Source: a virus
Lineage: Duplodnaviria; Caudoviricetes
IMG/VR virus record: IMGVR_UViG_3300021387_000796
Location: 1 to 64,000 of that record
Direction: 5' to 3' (one strand)
Length of the DNA: 64,000 nt
Both the position numbers and the translations under genes were made by a program. Positions 35,161 to 46,495 of this stretch are shown in pieces (the stretch's first letter is position 1; every line of letters starts with the position of its first letter). The notes beneath the pieces were generated by a model. The model was not told where the DNA came from, ran no database searches, and saw only the letters and a list, made by a program, of their open reading frames with translations.

Positions 35161-35787
35161 ATGGAAAAGAAAATTACGGTGAATTATGAAAATACTCATA
35201 CTTTTGAAAGATGTTGGGATTTGACAGACGAAGAAATAGAACAGATGAATAACTCTGATTATGTTTCACCGATTTATGAAGTGAAGAAAATTCCGATAGA
35301 ATTGATTAAAGCAAATAATTATAATCCAAATGCTATGGATAAAAATATCTTTGAACTTCTTCATACTTCTATGATTGAAAGTGGTTGGACGCTTCCTTGT
35401 GTTGTAGCACCAAATAACGATGAAGATAAAGACAAGCATCCCTATGTGTTGGTTGATGGTTTTCACAGAGTTTTGATTATGTCACTCTACAAGGATATTT
35501 ATATTCGTGAAAAAGGTGTAGTTCCTTGCGTAGTGTTGAATAAAGACCAAAATCGATATGACCGTATGTTTGCTACAATTTTGCATAATAGATGTAAGGG
35601 AACTCACGATATCGATATTATGTCGAATATTATTACGGAACTTGTTTCAAGTGGTCTGTCTGATTATGAGATTCAGCGAAGATTGGGAATGGATAAAGAA
35701 GAATTATTAAGATTGAAACAGTTGACAGGTCTTGCTAGTTTATTTGCTGATAAAGAATTTTCAAAAAGTTGGAAGTTTGAAGAATAG
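35161..35787 (+). CDS. ParB-like nuclease domain protein (IbrB/YbdM)
   Basis: Motifs ANNYNPN, VDGFHR, TILHNRCKGTH and LGMDKEELLRLKQ. Confidence 0.88.
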   Translation: MEKKITVNYENTHTFERCWDLTDEEIEQMNNSDYVSPIYEVKKIPIELIKANNYNPNAMDKNIFELLHTSMIESGWTLPCVVAPNNDEDKDKHPYVLVDGFHRVLIMSLYKDIYIREKGVVPCVVLNKDQNRYDRMFATILHNRCKGTHDIDIMSNIITELVSSGLSDYEIQRRLGMDKEELLRLKQLTGLASLFADKEFSKSWKFEE

Positions 35788-36346
35788 GAGAAAGTTATGA
35801 ATGAAATTAATTACATTACATTGAAAAGACACGGTTGGACAGATAAATTGATTGAAAAATTTAATCTTCATCCAACATCATATGATATAAAAAGTCATAA
35901 ACCTAAATTCGATAATTCTATTGTTATGAAAATTGAATCTTCGCAAGAATTTAGAAATGAATTGATTAAAATTCAGAAAGAGAAAAATTTGAAGAAAACT
36001 GTTCCACAATTAAAGAAAATATTTCGAGAAATGCTTTTCGATAAGATTGAAAATGATAAATTTTTTGGATTAAAATGTCTTTACCATGACCCAAAAAGTG
36101 AAAATGAAAAGTATGCTAAAAATTATATTAAAGAAATGAACAAACACTTTGAATTGTTCCGTGTCGAATGGTGTACTAAAATAAAACAATGTGGAACTGT
36201 CGAAGAATTATCGTTGTTGGCAAAAGAAATGGATAATTTGTATGGAGAACATTTTTCAGATTATTTGTGATTTGTTGACATTCCATTTAATTCTATCTTA
36301 CTTTGTTTATGATTTGTTTTGTCCTAATTTTGTTAATGATGAAAGT

Positions 36347-36378
36347 AAAAATACCCTAGAAAATCTAGGGTATTTTTT
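36347..36378. terminator. Bidirectional terminator at the end of the capsid gene
   Basis: AAAAATACCCTAGA-aaa-TCTAGGGTATTTTT. Confidence 0.8.
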
Positions 36379-36412
36379 ATCTATTTATATCTTGTTAGAT
36401 TTCAAGTTAGAC

Positions 36413-37966
36413 TTACGAATTTGCAGTGAGGTTTTCAAGAGTAACCACAGTAGCGAAGTGTTTGTTGTTAATTTTGCTATCAGCATAAACACCCAAGCCC
36501 ATCTGTGAATTAAAATTCTTAAGTTCAACTGGGTTTGTAGTGATACCTGTTCCGTAAGTTCCGATTGATACAGGTGCATCAACATTCTTGCTTTCTGTAC
36601 TCTTACCGAAGAGATAGAGTTTGCCTTCATTAGCACCGTTACCGATGATTGATTTAGGAGCCATATAAACTCCACGACCATCGATATCACCTACCTTGAA
36701 GATACCAACTTTGCTTGTAGGTTTAACACCAACAAACTTGTTGTGCTTTGTAAGGTAAGAATAAGATGTTGAATCACAAACGATGTTTGTTTCATCAGCA
36801 AGACGACCAATTGCATCATATGGGAGGTTTTCACCATTGATGATTGCAGAAATTACTGACTGTGCGTGAGCGTAAGAAGAGTCAGCACCAGCAGTTGCGA
36901 AGTCTGTATCAAATGTTACAGGAGCGTGCCATGTAGAAGCCTTGATACCCTTTGCAATACATCTTTCATCGAATGCTTTACGGAATTCGTCACCTGCACC
37001 TGCAATAAGCATATCTTTAGCAGAAAGTCCGAGTTTTGAATTCATCAAATCTTCAGAGAAACGTGTCCATTCTACTTCGAGTGGGTAAAGAATAGCAGAG
37101 AACTGATATTCAACCAAGTTCAAGAGAACAGAACCTGTTCTTGGGAAGAGGGCAGGGTCTTCGAAATCATAAGCGTACTGTACTGTAACTTCAGCACTAG
37201 CACCACCACTTACTGCACTTGCAAATACTACAGAAATAGCACCACTTGTGTAGTTTACAGTTGAAGGAGTTGATGTATCAAGAGTAGCACCAACAAGAAC
37301 ACCACTACCATTATCAGTTGCTACTTGTGTACCATCAAGGAATACAGATACCTTGAAAGGAATAAGTGGAGCATAAGAAAGTGTAGCAGTCCATGTTACA
37401 CCTGCATCAGCAGAAGTAAGTGTTTCTTGCTCGAATGTAGAAGGATAACGACCTTCGCCGTAGTTTTCATAAACTACATTGCCTTCTGTTGCACCACGAG
37501 CAGTTGAACCGTAAGTTGTTTCCAACTTGTAAAGGCTATCTTTCATTGATGACATACCCCAAACATCAAATACATCTTGTGCGATTGAGTTTGTGTAAGC
37601 AATACGAGAAATCTTTACGATATCGGTTGGCAACATGAGAGCCATTGTTCCACCAGTCTGCATTGCTTCTTTCATCTGACCTTCTGTCATTGATTTGATA
37701 GCCTGCTCTTGGAGAACATTCTGTGCGATTGTAGGATTTCTACGAGCCTGAATTTCAGAGTTCTCAAGGAACAAAATAAGATTTTCAGCCTTTTTAGCAT
37801 CCTTCTCGAACATCTCTTCAAGTTTACCCTTTCCGAGTGCGAGACCCTTTGATTTTGAATATTTTTCCTTCAGTTTAAGGATTTTATTCTCTCTTTCTGA
37901 GAGTTTTTCATTGTAAATTGAACGAGCCTTATCTTCGCTCATTCTCATAACTTTTCCGAAACCCAT
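36413..37966 (-). CDS. Major capsid protein (T4 gp23-like) with charged N-terminal propeptide
   Basis: IAQDVFDVWGM resembles the gp23 IA.DI.GVQPM motif. Biased codon usage. SD AAGGTG before ATG 37966 and a TAACTAT motif upstream. Confidence 0.8.
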   Translation of the reverse strand: MGFGKVMRMSEDKARSIYNEKLSERENKILKLKEKYSKSKGLALGKGKLEEMFEKDAKKAENLILFLENSEIQARRNPTIAQNVLQEQAIKSMTEGQMKEAMQTGGTMALMLPTDIVKISRIAYTNSIAQDVFDVWGMSSMKDSLYKLETTYGSTARGATEGNVVYENYGEGRYPSTFEQETLTSADAGVTWTATLSYAPLIPFKVSVFLDGTQVATDNGSGVLVGATLDTSTPSTVNYTSGAISVVFASAVSGGASAEVTVQYAYDFEDPALFPRTGSVLLNLVEYQFSAILYPLEVEWTRFSEDLMNSKLGLSAKDMLIAGAGDEFRKAFDERCIAKGIKASTWHAPVTFDTDFATAGADSSYAHAQSVISAIINGENLPYDAIGRLADETNIVCDSTSYSYLTKHNKFVGVKPTSKVGIFKVGDIDGRGVYMAPKSIIGNGANEGKLYLFGKSTESKNVDAPVSIGTYGTGITTNPVELKNFNSQMGLGVYADSKINNKHFATVVTLENLTANS

Positions 37967-38667
37967 AGTTTTCACCTTTTGTTTCATCGATTGAGGTTTT
38001 TAGTTTGCTTTACACGAAAGAATTACTAAAATACCTATAAGATATATAGTTATCGGCATGAACAAAAGATTTCTAACAAATTCTAAAAAATCTCACTGAT
38101 ACATTTTTAAAAATCAAAGCATATAATTTCGACTTCGTATCAACCGCACCTCATATAAAAATCTTGACGGTTTATTGCCAATTAAACTTTTCTTTATAAT
38201 AAATAGTTAATATTTTTTATTAACATCCAACATAATAAATAGTTAATATTTTTTAACTTTTACATTTAAATTAGAAGCATCTTTAATTAAATTTAAAATA
38301 TATTGATAATCTTCATCAGTTCCATTGTCTATTTTAAATTCTATATAATCTCCGTTTTTATTTGATACTATAATTTCGATATCATCTTCATAGCCATCAA
38401 TAAAACCTATTTTAGAAAATGATAAAAATTTATCAGCAATTTCTAATGTATCAAGAAGAGCATTTTCGCCAAAAATTTCATAATTTTTTAAACCTCGCAT
38501 AAAAGGTTCTAAATCTCCGCCAAAACCCACACTTGTTATTTTAAATCTCATAATGTACCTCTTTTAATAAAAATTAATTGTTTTATAAGATAGTTAAAAT
38601 AAAAAGACCTAGATGATTTTTATAGGTCTTTTTATTTTAATTTGGTTTGTATTTCACTTTAATTGTA

Positions 38668-38847
38668 CCACCTTATTTATATATTGAATAAAAAGAGATT
38701 TCATAAAAACGGATTTAGAAAAGACAAATTAAAAAAATACTTGATAAAGGAAAGATTAAAATATATTCTCATAATATGATTGAATTGGAAATATGCCGAC
38801 AGAACTGCGTTTACGATTGCGGTACTGTGAAAATGGAATATAAATAG
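38668..38847 (+). pseudogene. Frameshifted C-terminal remnant of a 40254-type endonuclease
   Basis: Fragments YILNKKRFHKNGFRKDKLKK and ELEICRQNCVYDCGTVKMEYK* match YIVNGKRIHKSNFRKDKIKK...IYDCGTMKVIYE* of 40254. Confidence 0.75.
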
Positions 38848-38856
38848 GAGAATAAT

Positions 38857-40068
38857 ATGATTGAAATTAAAGGAAAATATAACAATGCTAAAGTTTTCGT
38901 AGATGATTATGACAAGTTGGAAGAAGCATGTTATAAACAGATTTTGAATTTGTTGAATCAGAAATTTTCAGAAGGTTCACAAATCAGAATTATGGAAGAT
39001 TGTCATGCAGGAAGTGGATGTGTAATTGGTTTTACTCAAACAATTGTTAATAAAATTGTTCCAAATTTGGTTGGAGTAGATATTGGTTGTGGAATGCAAG
39101 TTCTTAAAATATCTAAAGATTTTCATTTTGATTTAAAAAACTTGGATAAAGTATGGCGAGCGAACATTCCTATGGGAATGGCACACAGAAGTACAAAACA
39201 TAAATTCTGCGAAAATATAAATCTCGATAATATTATTACACCAATTAACAAAGAAAAAGAATTACTTGCTCTTGGCTCATTAGGTGGAGGAAATCATTTT
39301 GGCGAATTAGATATCGATAAAGAAGGGAATTATTATCTTGTAATTCATAGCGGTTCTCGACATTTAGGAATTGAAGTTTGTAAATATTGGCAGAATAAAG
39401 CAATTGAATATCATAAAAATCACATCAAGGAAAAAACTGAAATCATTGAACGACTTAAGAGAGAAGGTCGTGAAAAAGAAATTCAGTCTGAACTTGATAA
39501 ACTAGAATTTGAAAAAGTTCCAAATGAACTTGCATATCTTGAAGGTGAAGATTTGAAAGGATATTTACATGATATGGAAATTGCACAAAATTTTGCTTAT
39601 TGGTCAAGAAAGGCTATGCAAGATGAAATTTGTAAAGCATTGAATATTAAGAAGAAACATATTCTTGATGAATTCTGTACAGTTCATAATTATGTAGATA
39701 TTAAAAATAAGATTATTCGTAAAGGTTCTATCTCAGCATACAAAGATGAAATTGCAATTATTCCTATGAACATGGCTGACGGTTCTTTAATTGTAAAAGG
39801 TAAAGGAAACGAAGATAGAAATTGTTCTGCTCCTCATGGTGCAGGTCGTCTTATGTCACGTTCTATGGCTAAAGAATCTCTTAAAATGGAAGATTTCAAG
39901 AAGTCAATGAAAGATGTTTACACAACTTCTGTTTGTGTAGGAACTATAGATGAATCACCTATGGCTTACAAACCTATGGAACAGATTCTTGAAACTATTG
40001 GAGATACTTGTGAAGTTTTGAAAATTATAAAGCCGATTTGGAATGTAAAGGCGAACGATGGAGAATAA
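38857..40068 (+). CDS. rtcB: RtcB RNA ligase
   Basis: Motifs DCHAG, VGVDIGCG, GSLGGGNHF, HSGSR, HN, HGAGR and DESP.AYK. Confidence 0.93.
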   Translation: MIEIKGKYNNAKVFVDDYDKLEEACYKQILNLLNQKFSEGSQIRIMEDCHAGSGCVIGFTQTIVNKIVPNLVGVDIGCGMQVLKISKDFHFDLKNLDKVWRANIPMGMAHRSTKHKFCENINLDNIITPINKEKELLALGSLGGGNHFGELDIDKEGNYYLVIHSGSRHLGIEVCKYWQNKAIEYHKNHIKEKTEIIERLKREGREKEIQSELDKLEFEKVPNELAYLEGEDLKGYLHDMEIAQNFAYWSRKAMQDEICKALNIKKKHILDEFCTVHNYVDIKNKIIRKGSISAYKDEIAIIPMNMADGSLIVKGKGNEDRNCSAPHGAGRLMSRSMAKESLKMEDFKKSMKDVYTTSVCVGTIDESPMAYKPMEQILETIGDTCEVLKIIKPIWNVKANDGE

Positions 40069-40141
40069 ATTTTTAATTATTTCTCTTTAAATTTATGATT
40101 TTTTACTTGATTAAATATTTAGAATTTATTATATTTAATTG

Positions 40142-40202
40142 TGAGAGGACAGTATGCTACCAACATATTGATTTCATATTCCTTTATGAAATCTAACTCT
40201 TA
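40142..40202 (+). ncRNA. Putative three-way-junction regulatory RNA, copy 3
   Basis: Promoter TTGATT-17-TATATT (40107-40135). Loops CTACCAA and TTCCTT are complementary to leader loop TTGGTAG and SD AAGGAA. Confidence 0.75.
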
Positions 40203-40253
40203 ACTATTTATGTTGTCATTGGTAGTGACATAAAAGTTAAAACATTTAAGGAA

Positions 40254-42335
40254 ATGAAACAAATGACTGAAATCAAAGATAATTTAAAATCGATATCGTG
40301 GATTCGTAAAAATATTAATGTAAAATTAAAAACGTTAAATAAAATAATAAAAATTCTAAATCTCAATCCCACAATTAGAACAAATAAATTTAACGAACAA
40401 ACGGAATATTATGATTTAGATAAAATAAAAGAATTTATAAATTCTCACGATGTTAATCGTATGTATAGTATTTCGCAAATTTCTAAAATAATAGGTGTTG
40501 GTCGTACATCAATAAATACAGTAATAAAATATTTAAATTTAGATAAATTTGAATTTTTATGCGATGAAGAATTGAATAAAATAAAACAATTTTATAAAGA
40601 GCATGAGAATGATTATAGATATTTTTTTCAAAACAAAACAAATCTTGAAAAATACGGTTCGTTGTGTCCGTTGGCAAATAAAGAAATTCAAAAGAAAGCA
40701 GAAGAAACTTGTTTGGAAAAATATGGTGTAAAAAATTATACCAAAACTGAAGAATTTAAAACAAAATTTAAACAAACTTCTTTAGAAAAATATGGTACAG
40801 AATTTCCTATGCAAAACGAAGATGTTAAAGAAAAAGGAAAGCAAACTTCATTAGAACGTTATGGTGTTGAATATGCATCTCAAAGTGAAGATTTTAGAAA
40901 AAGAGTTGAACGAACTAATTTAGAAAAATACAATACAAGATGTTCGCTTCATTCATATGAAGCAGAACAAAAAACTAAAGAAACTAACTTAAAATGTTAT
41001 GGTGTAGAAAATGTTTCACAATCAAATATCATTAAAGAAAAAGTTAAGAATACTAATTTAAAAAATTTCGGAGTTGAACATCCGATTCAAAATGAAAAAA
41101 TCAAAGAAAAGATTAAACAAACCAATCTCAAAAAGTTAGGAGTTGAATATCCTACACAAAATAAAGATATTATGAATAAAGTAAAACAAAGTAATCTTAA
41201 AAAATTTGGTGTAGAATGTTCTTTACAAAATAAAGAAATTAGAGATAAAGTGACACAAACTTATTTGAAAAAATTAGAACTTGCAAAATCTCAAAATTTA
41301 TATTGTGTTAAAGATTTAGCAATTATTTTTAATAAAAGCGAAAGTGCCATTACTATGGATTTGAAGCGTCTAAACATTGATGTTGTCAAATTTGAAAAAG
41401 ATTTTAGGTTGTATGTAAAACAATCTGATTTGAAAATTCTTGAAAATTATTTTATTGATACAGAATGTAGCGGAATATCTTATTCTGAAAAAGAAATAGT
41501 AGAATTTATAAAATCTATTTATTCAGACGAAATTATTGAAAATAGTAGAACTATTATTTCACCAAAAGAATTGGATATTTATATACCTCAAAAGAATTTA
41601 GCAATTGAATATGATGGATTGTATTGGCATGATGAAAATCATGTGGAAAATAAATATCATTTAAATAAAACAAAAGCATGTAATGAAAAAGGGATAGATT
41701 TGATTCATGTTTTTGAAGATGATTGGTTGTACAAAAAAGAAATTGTGAAATCTATGATTTCTAGCCGACTTGGTGTTTATAAAGAAAAGATTTTTGCTCG
41801 TAAATGTCAGATAAAGGAAATTGAAAAAGACCAAGCGAAAATATTTTTTGATGAGAATCATTTACAAGGGTTTGCGTACGGTGATTTGTATTTAGGACTT
41901 ATGTTTAACAATGAACTTGTTCAATGCATCTGTATGAATAAAAAAGGTTGGCATGATGGAAATGTAGAATTAACTCGCATGGCTACAAAATTGAATATTC
42001 AAGTAATTGGAGGATTCAGTAAATTGATGAAACATATTTCCGATTATATTGAATACAAATCAATCACAAGTTATGTGTATAAAGCATGGTTTAATGGAAA
42101 AGGATATATGGAAAGTGGATTCAAAGTAATCAAAGAAAATAATCCTTCTTATTTTTATATTGTAAATGGTAAACGAATTCATAAATCTAATTTTCGAAAA
42201 GACAAGATTAAGAAAATGTTCGAGAGAGGGGGATTAGAATTTTATGATTCAGATAAAACAGAACATGAAATTATGAAGAAAAACAAGATATATAGAATTT
42301 ATGATTGCGGAACTATGAAAGTAATTTACGAATAA
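40254..42335 (+). CDS. Free-standing (Hef-like) endonuclease with about 8 TNLEKYGVE repeats
   Basis: Repeats KQTNLKKYGVEYP.Q, ELDIYIP...LAIEYDGLYWH and C-terminal RIYDCG. The start may be ATG 40263. Confidence 0.8.
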   Translation: MKQMTEIKDNLKSISWIRKNINVKLKTLNKIIKILNLNPTIRTNKFNEQTEYYDLDKIKEFINSHDVNRMYSISQISKIIGVGRTSINTVIKYLNLDKFEFLCDEELNKIKQFYKEHENDYRYFFQNKTNLEKYGSLCPLANKEIQKKAEETCLEKYGVKNYTKTEEFKTKFKQTSLEKYGTEFPMQNEDVKEKGKQTSLERYGVEYASQSEDFRKRVERTNLEKYNTRCSLHSYEAEQKTKETNLKCYGVENVSQSNIIKEKVKNTNLKNFGVEHPIQNEKIKEKIKQTNLKKLGVEYPTQNKDIMNKVKQSNLKKFGVECSLQNKEIRDKVTQTYLKKLELAKSQNLYCVKDLAIIFNKSESAITMDLKRLNIDVVKFEKDFRLYVKQSDLKILENYFIDTECSGISYSEKEIVEFIKSIYSDEIIENSRTIISPKELDIYIPQKNLAIEYDGLYWHDENHVENKYHLNKTKACNEKGIDLIHVFEDDWLYKKEIVKSMISSRLGVYKEKIFARKCQIKEIEKDQAKIFFDENHLQGFAYGDLYLGLMFNNELVQCICMNKKGWHDGNVELTRMATKLNIQVIGGFSKLMKHISDYIEYKSITSYVYKAWFNGKGYMESGFKVIKENNPSYFYIVNGKRIHKSNFRKDKIKKMFERGGLEFYDSDKTEHEIMKKNKIYRIYDCGTMKVIYE

Positions 42336-42387
42336 TAAATAAAAAACACCAAGAATAAACTTGGTGTTTTTATTTTAATTTATTATT

Positions 42388-44241
42388 TTATTTTGTCATT
42401 TCAACTTTAACATCGACCCCGCTCTTATAAATATTAAAATTGAGTAAAATGGTTCTGGAGAATTTTTTTGGTACAATTCCTACTGCAACAATCAATCTTT
42501 CTTGATTTCTTGTTTCGGCGGTATTGTTATCGGAATCACACCATACATAATAATCTTCAAGACGATTAGAATATGTTCCGAGAATTGAATTACAACCACT
42601 TCTTACAACAGAATAAGATGCTTCATCAATCATTTTACCAATTCGACTAGGGAGTACATTCTTTTCAATCTGTTCGATGAGAGTATCAACCAAAGAAGAA
42701 ATTGGAATATTTGACAAATCTGTTTTCTTTACTTGACGAGTTCTCCATCCACCAATCATAGCACCATAGTTGTAATCGTTGATTACCGCATTGAAGTTAA
42801 TATTATCAAGTGTTTCGAGAACATCTTCAGAGGTTGTGTCTTGCGTGAGTTTTACGATACTTGAACCAAGAATACCACCTACGCCGTTCTCATCAATATA
42901 AGCAGGAGCAGAGGTTGTATTTGCTTCATTATCCAAGTAATCTACGATTCTACCAGCAATTAAACCCATGTTAGAACATTTGAAATCGTTACCTTGATAA
43001 ATGTCTTTGTGGATACCCCAATTCAAACAATACTGATACATACCTCTGTTTGCAGTAATACCAAAGTTATAATCATTTGGATTTTCAACAATTGTGTTTC
43101 CATCAACATCAGCAGTACAATAAATAAATCTACAACGTTTCTGATAACTGTTTCTAAGATTTTCAAACTTAGCAATAACTTCAGCATAATTTGTTCCGTC
43201 AACACAGAATTTCAATTGGAACTTATTTGTATCAATTAATTGTTCATAAAGATTTGCAACATCAGCACCATCAACTTCTGTACCACGAGAACCACCACTA
43301 AGATTTACCATAGAATCATCATTCATGAATCCATCTACAATTGAAGTTACAACATGAGCATCAAATAAAGTCTGATTGTCTCCAAAAATATTATTGATGT
43401 AAATATTGTCGCCGTAACTATCTTTTGATGTTTCGGAAAGACCCACAATGAAAGGACTATTGGTTACTTCTGTGTATTCAAGATTGATAGGGTCATAACG
43501 AGCAACTACAATTTCAAAAGCATTTTCGACATCTTCAGATAAAGTTACTTGAACTTGCAAATCATCTTCTTGCATGTTTTTATCGAAAAGAACGAAATAA
43601 GTGTCAGACATATCCATGTCATAACCAATAGAAATCGTAGTTCCTGTAGAAGGTGCTTGTAAGAATGTCAAGTTTAATACACCTGTCTCGGTGTTTAAAG
43701 TACAACCTTCGTCTAAAAGATTGCCATCGTCAGACAAAGTTTCTATATTATCGTTGACACTAATCGATATATCATGTGCCACACCACCTATACTAAGTGT
43801 CAGTGTTTCAGGTTTATATTTTTCAATGTATTTGATTGTATAAGAATATGATAATGTTGTTCCATTTCCAATTCCTACATTATCTATAAAAGCAACGGAA
43901 TTATAGTCCGAAATTTCTTTATTCGATACTCCTTGATTAAAAGGAATTGTACCCATAGACTTTGTTACAAATACTCCACCGTAAGTACCACCTTTGTATG
44001 GACTAGCGACATACATTGTACATTTCTGTACAACATCAAGAGCATCTTGAATTGTTGGATAATCTTTTGAAGGATAACCAAATGTATTCAAAATACCTTG
44101 TGTATCACCTTTGTTAAATTTAGTAAAAGTTTTTGGTCCTTTAGGTGAAACGATTGCTATAGCACCAACAGTAGGTGTACTCACATTTGCTTTTTCTGTA
44201 TTATCTTGTTCAACTGTTTGTAATCTCCAAGATTGAGCCAT
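42388..44241 (-). CDS. Contractile tail sheath protein
   Basis: N-terminal SPKGP..FGYP, LSGG..G, and C-terminal YYVWCDSDNNT.E.......V...P. Confidence 0.85.
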   Translation of the reverse strand: MAQSWRLQTVEQDNTEKANVSTPTVGAIAIVSPKGPKTFTKFNKGDTQGILNTFGYPSKDYPTIQDALDVVQKCTMYVASPYKGGTYGGVFVTKSMGTIPFNQGVSNKEISDYNSVAFIDNVGIGNGTTLSYSYTIKYIEKYKPETLTLSIGGVAHDISISVNDNIETLSDDGNLLDEGCTLNTETGVLNLTFLQAPSTGTTISIGYDMDMSDTYFVLFDKNMQEDDLQVQVTLSEDVENAFEIVVARYDPINLEYTEVTNSPFIVGLSETSKDSYGDNIYINNIFGDNQTLFDAHVVTSIVDGFMNDDSMVNLSGGSRGTEVDGADVANLYEQLIDTNKFQLKFCVDGTNYAEVIAKFENLRNSYQKRCRFIYCTADVDGNTIVENPNDYNFGITANRGMYQYCLNWGIHKDIYQGNDFKCSNMGLIAGRIVDYLDNEANTTSAPAYIDENGVGGILGSSIVKLTQDTTSEDVLETLDNINFNAVINDYNYGAMIGGWRTRQVKKTDLSNIPISSLVDTLIEQIEKNVLPSRIGKMIDEASYSVVRSGCNSILGTYSNRLEDYYVWCDSDNNTAETRNQERLIVAVGIVPKKFSRTILLNFNIYKSGVDVKVEMTK

Positions 44242-44304
44242 AATTTTATTCTCCTATAATTAAAATTTTATTTACAATTTTATGTTTTAGATAGTTATAA
44301 AAAT

Positions 44305-45096
44305 TTAATTTGTTTCTCCAAAATATTCAGTTAAAAACATTTTCATTTGTTCGCTATCTTTATAATTTTCATAATTAAGTTTTTTAGCGGTAAAAAATTC
44401 AAGAAGTACACTTTTAGCCACATGTAAATTATCAGGATTTGTATCAAAATTTCCAATCATATAAGTTGTAATCGTAAAATCTATTCCGATGGTCCAAATT
44501 CTATTTTGTTCAAGCCAATCTGATTCTTGATAGGTCGGATTGTATTCTATGTCAAAATTCATGAGACCAGCGTTTGTTATAATATCTCCATCATTGGTTT
44601 CGACTTGAGGTTTAACAATGGTTTCATTTGAATTATCAAATAAAAGTTTGTTCATTGCATATTCGCAATCTTTATTTTGTGCAAAGAAAGCAGTTCCTTC
44701 ATAACTTATGGTTATAGGATAAATTCTCATTTTTCCACCCAATATTGATGTAAATTTATTTTCACGGTCAATTAATCCAAAACGATTAGAATAATCATTT
44801 TTCCAAGGTCTTTCGGCATCTTCAAATCCAATTCTATAATAATTCAAGAATGGTAAATTTAATTCACCAGCGTTAGTTCTAGTTCTTTCTCTAAAGCAGT
44901 ATTCATTTGAAGCGTATATTATTCTATCAAGTGGAAATTCAAGAACATCCGAAAAATGATTTTCTATAGCAATATCCGTAGCGTATGACATGGGTGTATT
45001 TGCCCAAGATTTCATTTGCTCACCATAATAAAATGGTTGAGGTTTTGTCATAAAATGAGGATTTGGATTTGTAGTAGACGTTGTATTTATATCCAT
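44305..45096 (-). CDS. Tail completion / sheath-terminator-like protein
   Basis: Adjacent to the sheath gene. LNLPFLNYYR, YPITISY and RIWTIGIDFT patterns. Late motif upstream. Confidence 0.5.
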   Translation of the reverse strand: MDINTTSTTNPNPHFMTKPQPFYYGEQMKSWANTPMSYATDIAIENHFSDVLEFPLDRIIYASNEYCFRERTRTNAGELNLPFLNYYRIGFEDAERPWKNDYSNRFGLIDRENKFTSILGGKMRIYPITISYEGTAFFAQNKDCEYAMNKLLFDNSNETIVKPQVETNDGDIITNAGLMNFDIEYNPTYQESDWLEQNRIWTIGIDFTITTYMIGNFDTNPDNLHVAKSVLLEFFTAKKLNYENYKDSEQMKMFLTEYFGETN

Positions 45097-46422
45097 ATAT
45101 CAAATAGTTAAAATTAAATAACTATATTTACAAGCAACCTCTGTTTGTTTTGAAATTCAATTTAATTTCTTGCAAGAATCAATCAAGTTGCTTAATTTTT
45201 TAATAATTTTACTTGACAGATTACATTTAGTTGTGATATATTATGTGTAGGAGGAACGAATCATGATTACTTTAAATTCTTTAACAATTGATTTACTTCG
45301 TATAATTGGTGAAGCAAATAAAATTTGTTCGAATTTATTGACGGAATCATTTCTCAATGAAGATATGAAAGTCGATGTTAAAACTTTTGTATCTTTATTA
45401 AATTCATATAGCAACACTCTTGAAAAAATTTTGGATAATAGAGAATTTTTATCAAATAACGGAATATTGGATAGGTCTTTACATGATGTTTCTATAACCA
45501 AAGAAAAGGCTTTGAAAGCATTGAACGGATTAAACCACATTTGTAATAATTGTAAAGATACAGTAAAACGAAACATCTTAATAAACGCTACAACACATTT
45601 CAAAGAAGTCGTAAATACTTATCTGTTTGCAATTAAAATATATCTTGAAGAAGTATTTCCTAATACAGATGAAAATACTATCTTAAAGAGATATGATTTA
45701 TATGAAATTGAATAGGAGAAAATAAATTATGGCAAGATTTGGATTGGAAAATATTGATAGAGATTTCTTTTGGGAATTAGTCGATGAAGGATATGTTTCT
45801 TATAGTATTATTGACGCTTATCTTTATATGCTTTCACAGAAGTTGAGCAAAGATACGGATATTCACTTTAGAGTAGAGAATGGTTATTTGTATAATGATG
45901 AAATTGGATTCAAGATTCCAACCTCTACAATTACTACTTATGATAATCTGCTGAAAGATATCGAAAAGTTTTTGTCAGAAAATGCTCAAGAGAATGAGTT
46001 TGGTGTAGATACCAATAAACTTGCTAATCAATGGGCATATACATTTTCTCATACAGAAATGTCTCCATACTATGAAGGTGATGGTCATTGGAAAGCATAT
46101 GATGATTATTCACAAAAACGTGTTTGGGAAGCACTATACTTTATGGTTTTTGGAAAATATCATGATAATATGGATTGGGCATTCGATACGGCTAGTGAAT
46201 ATTTAATAAAAGACGGTAATAACTATAATGAAAAATTCCATTTCAAAGGAACGGTTTCTGAATTAGATAATATATCTGTTACATTTGCTAAAAACGGTAA
46301 TATTTCTGTAAAAAATCCAAGTAAAGAATATCTTGAAAAATTGCAATTTTTCTATGATGTTTGCGACCCAAAGAATAAGAATCATGCTAGATAAAATAAA
46401 TTAAATTTGATATTATTATTTT

Positions 46423-46495
46423 GATTGAAAGGAATGATAGGCGGTCAACCTATTGATAGAATATCCTAGTTCTGTCTAACCTTTCAATCTTTTTT
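46423..46495 (+). ncRNA. Orphan three-way-junction RNA, copy 4
   Basis: Closing stem GATTGAAAGG/CCTTTCAATC, loops CGGTCAA and ATCCTA, then a T-run and the same TAACTAT..AACATTAACTATTT spacer. Confidence 0.7.

Noticed and set aside
40640-41270. Tandem DNA repeats as a possible array
   Set aside because: These are degenerate coding repeats (TNLEKYGVE units) within the nuclease gene.
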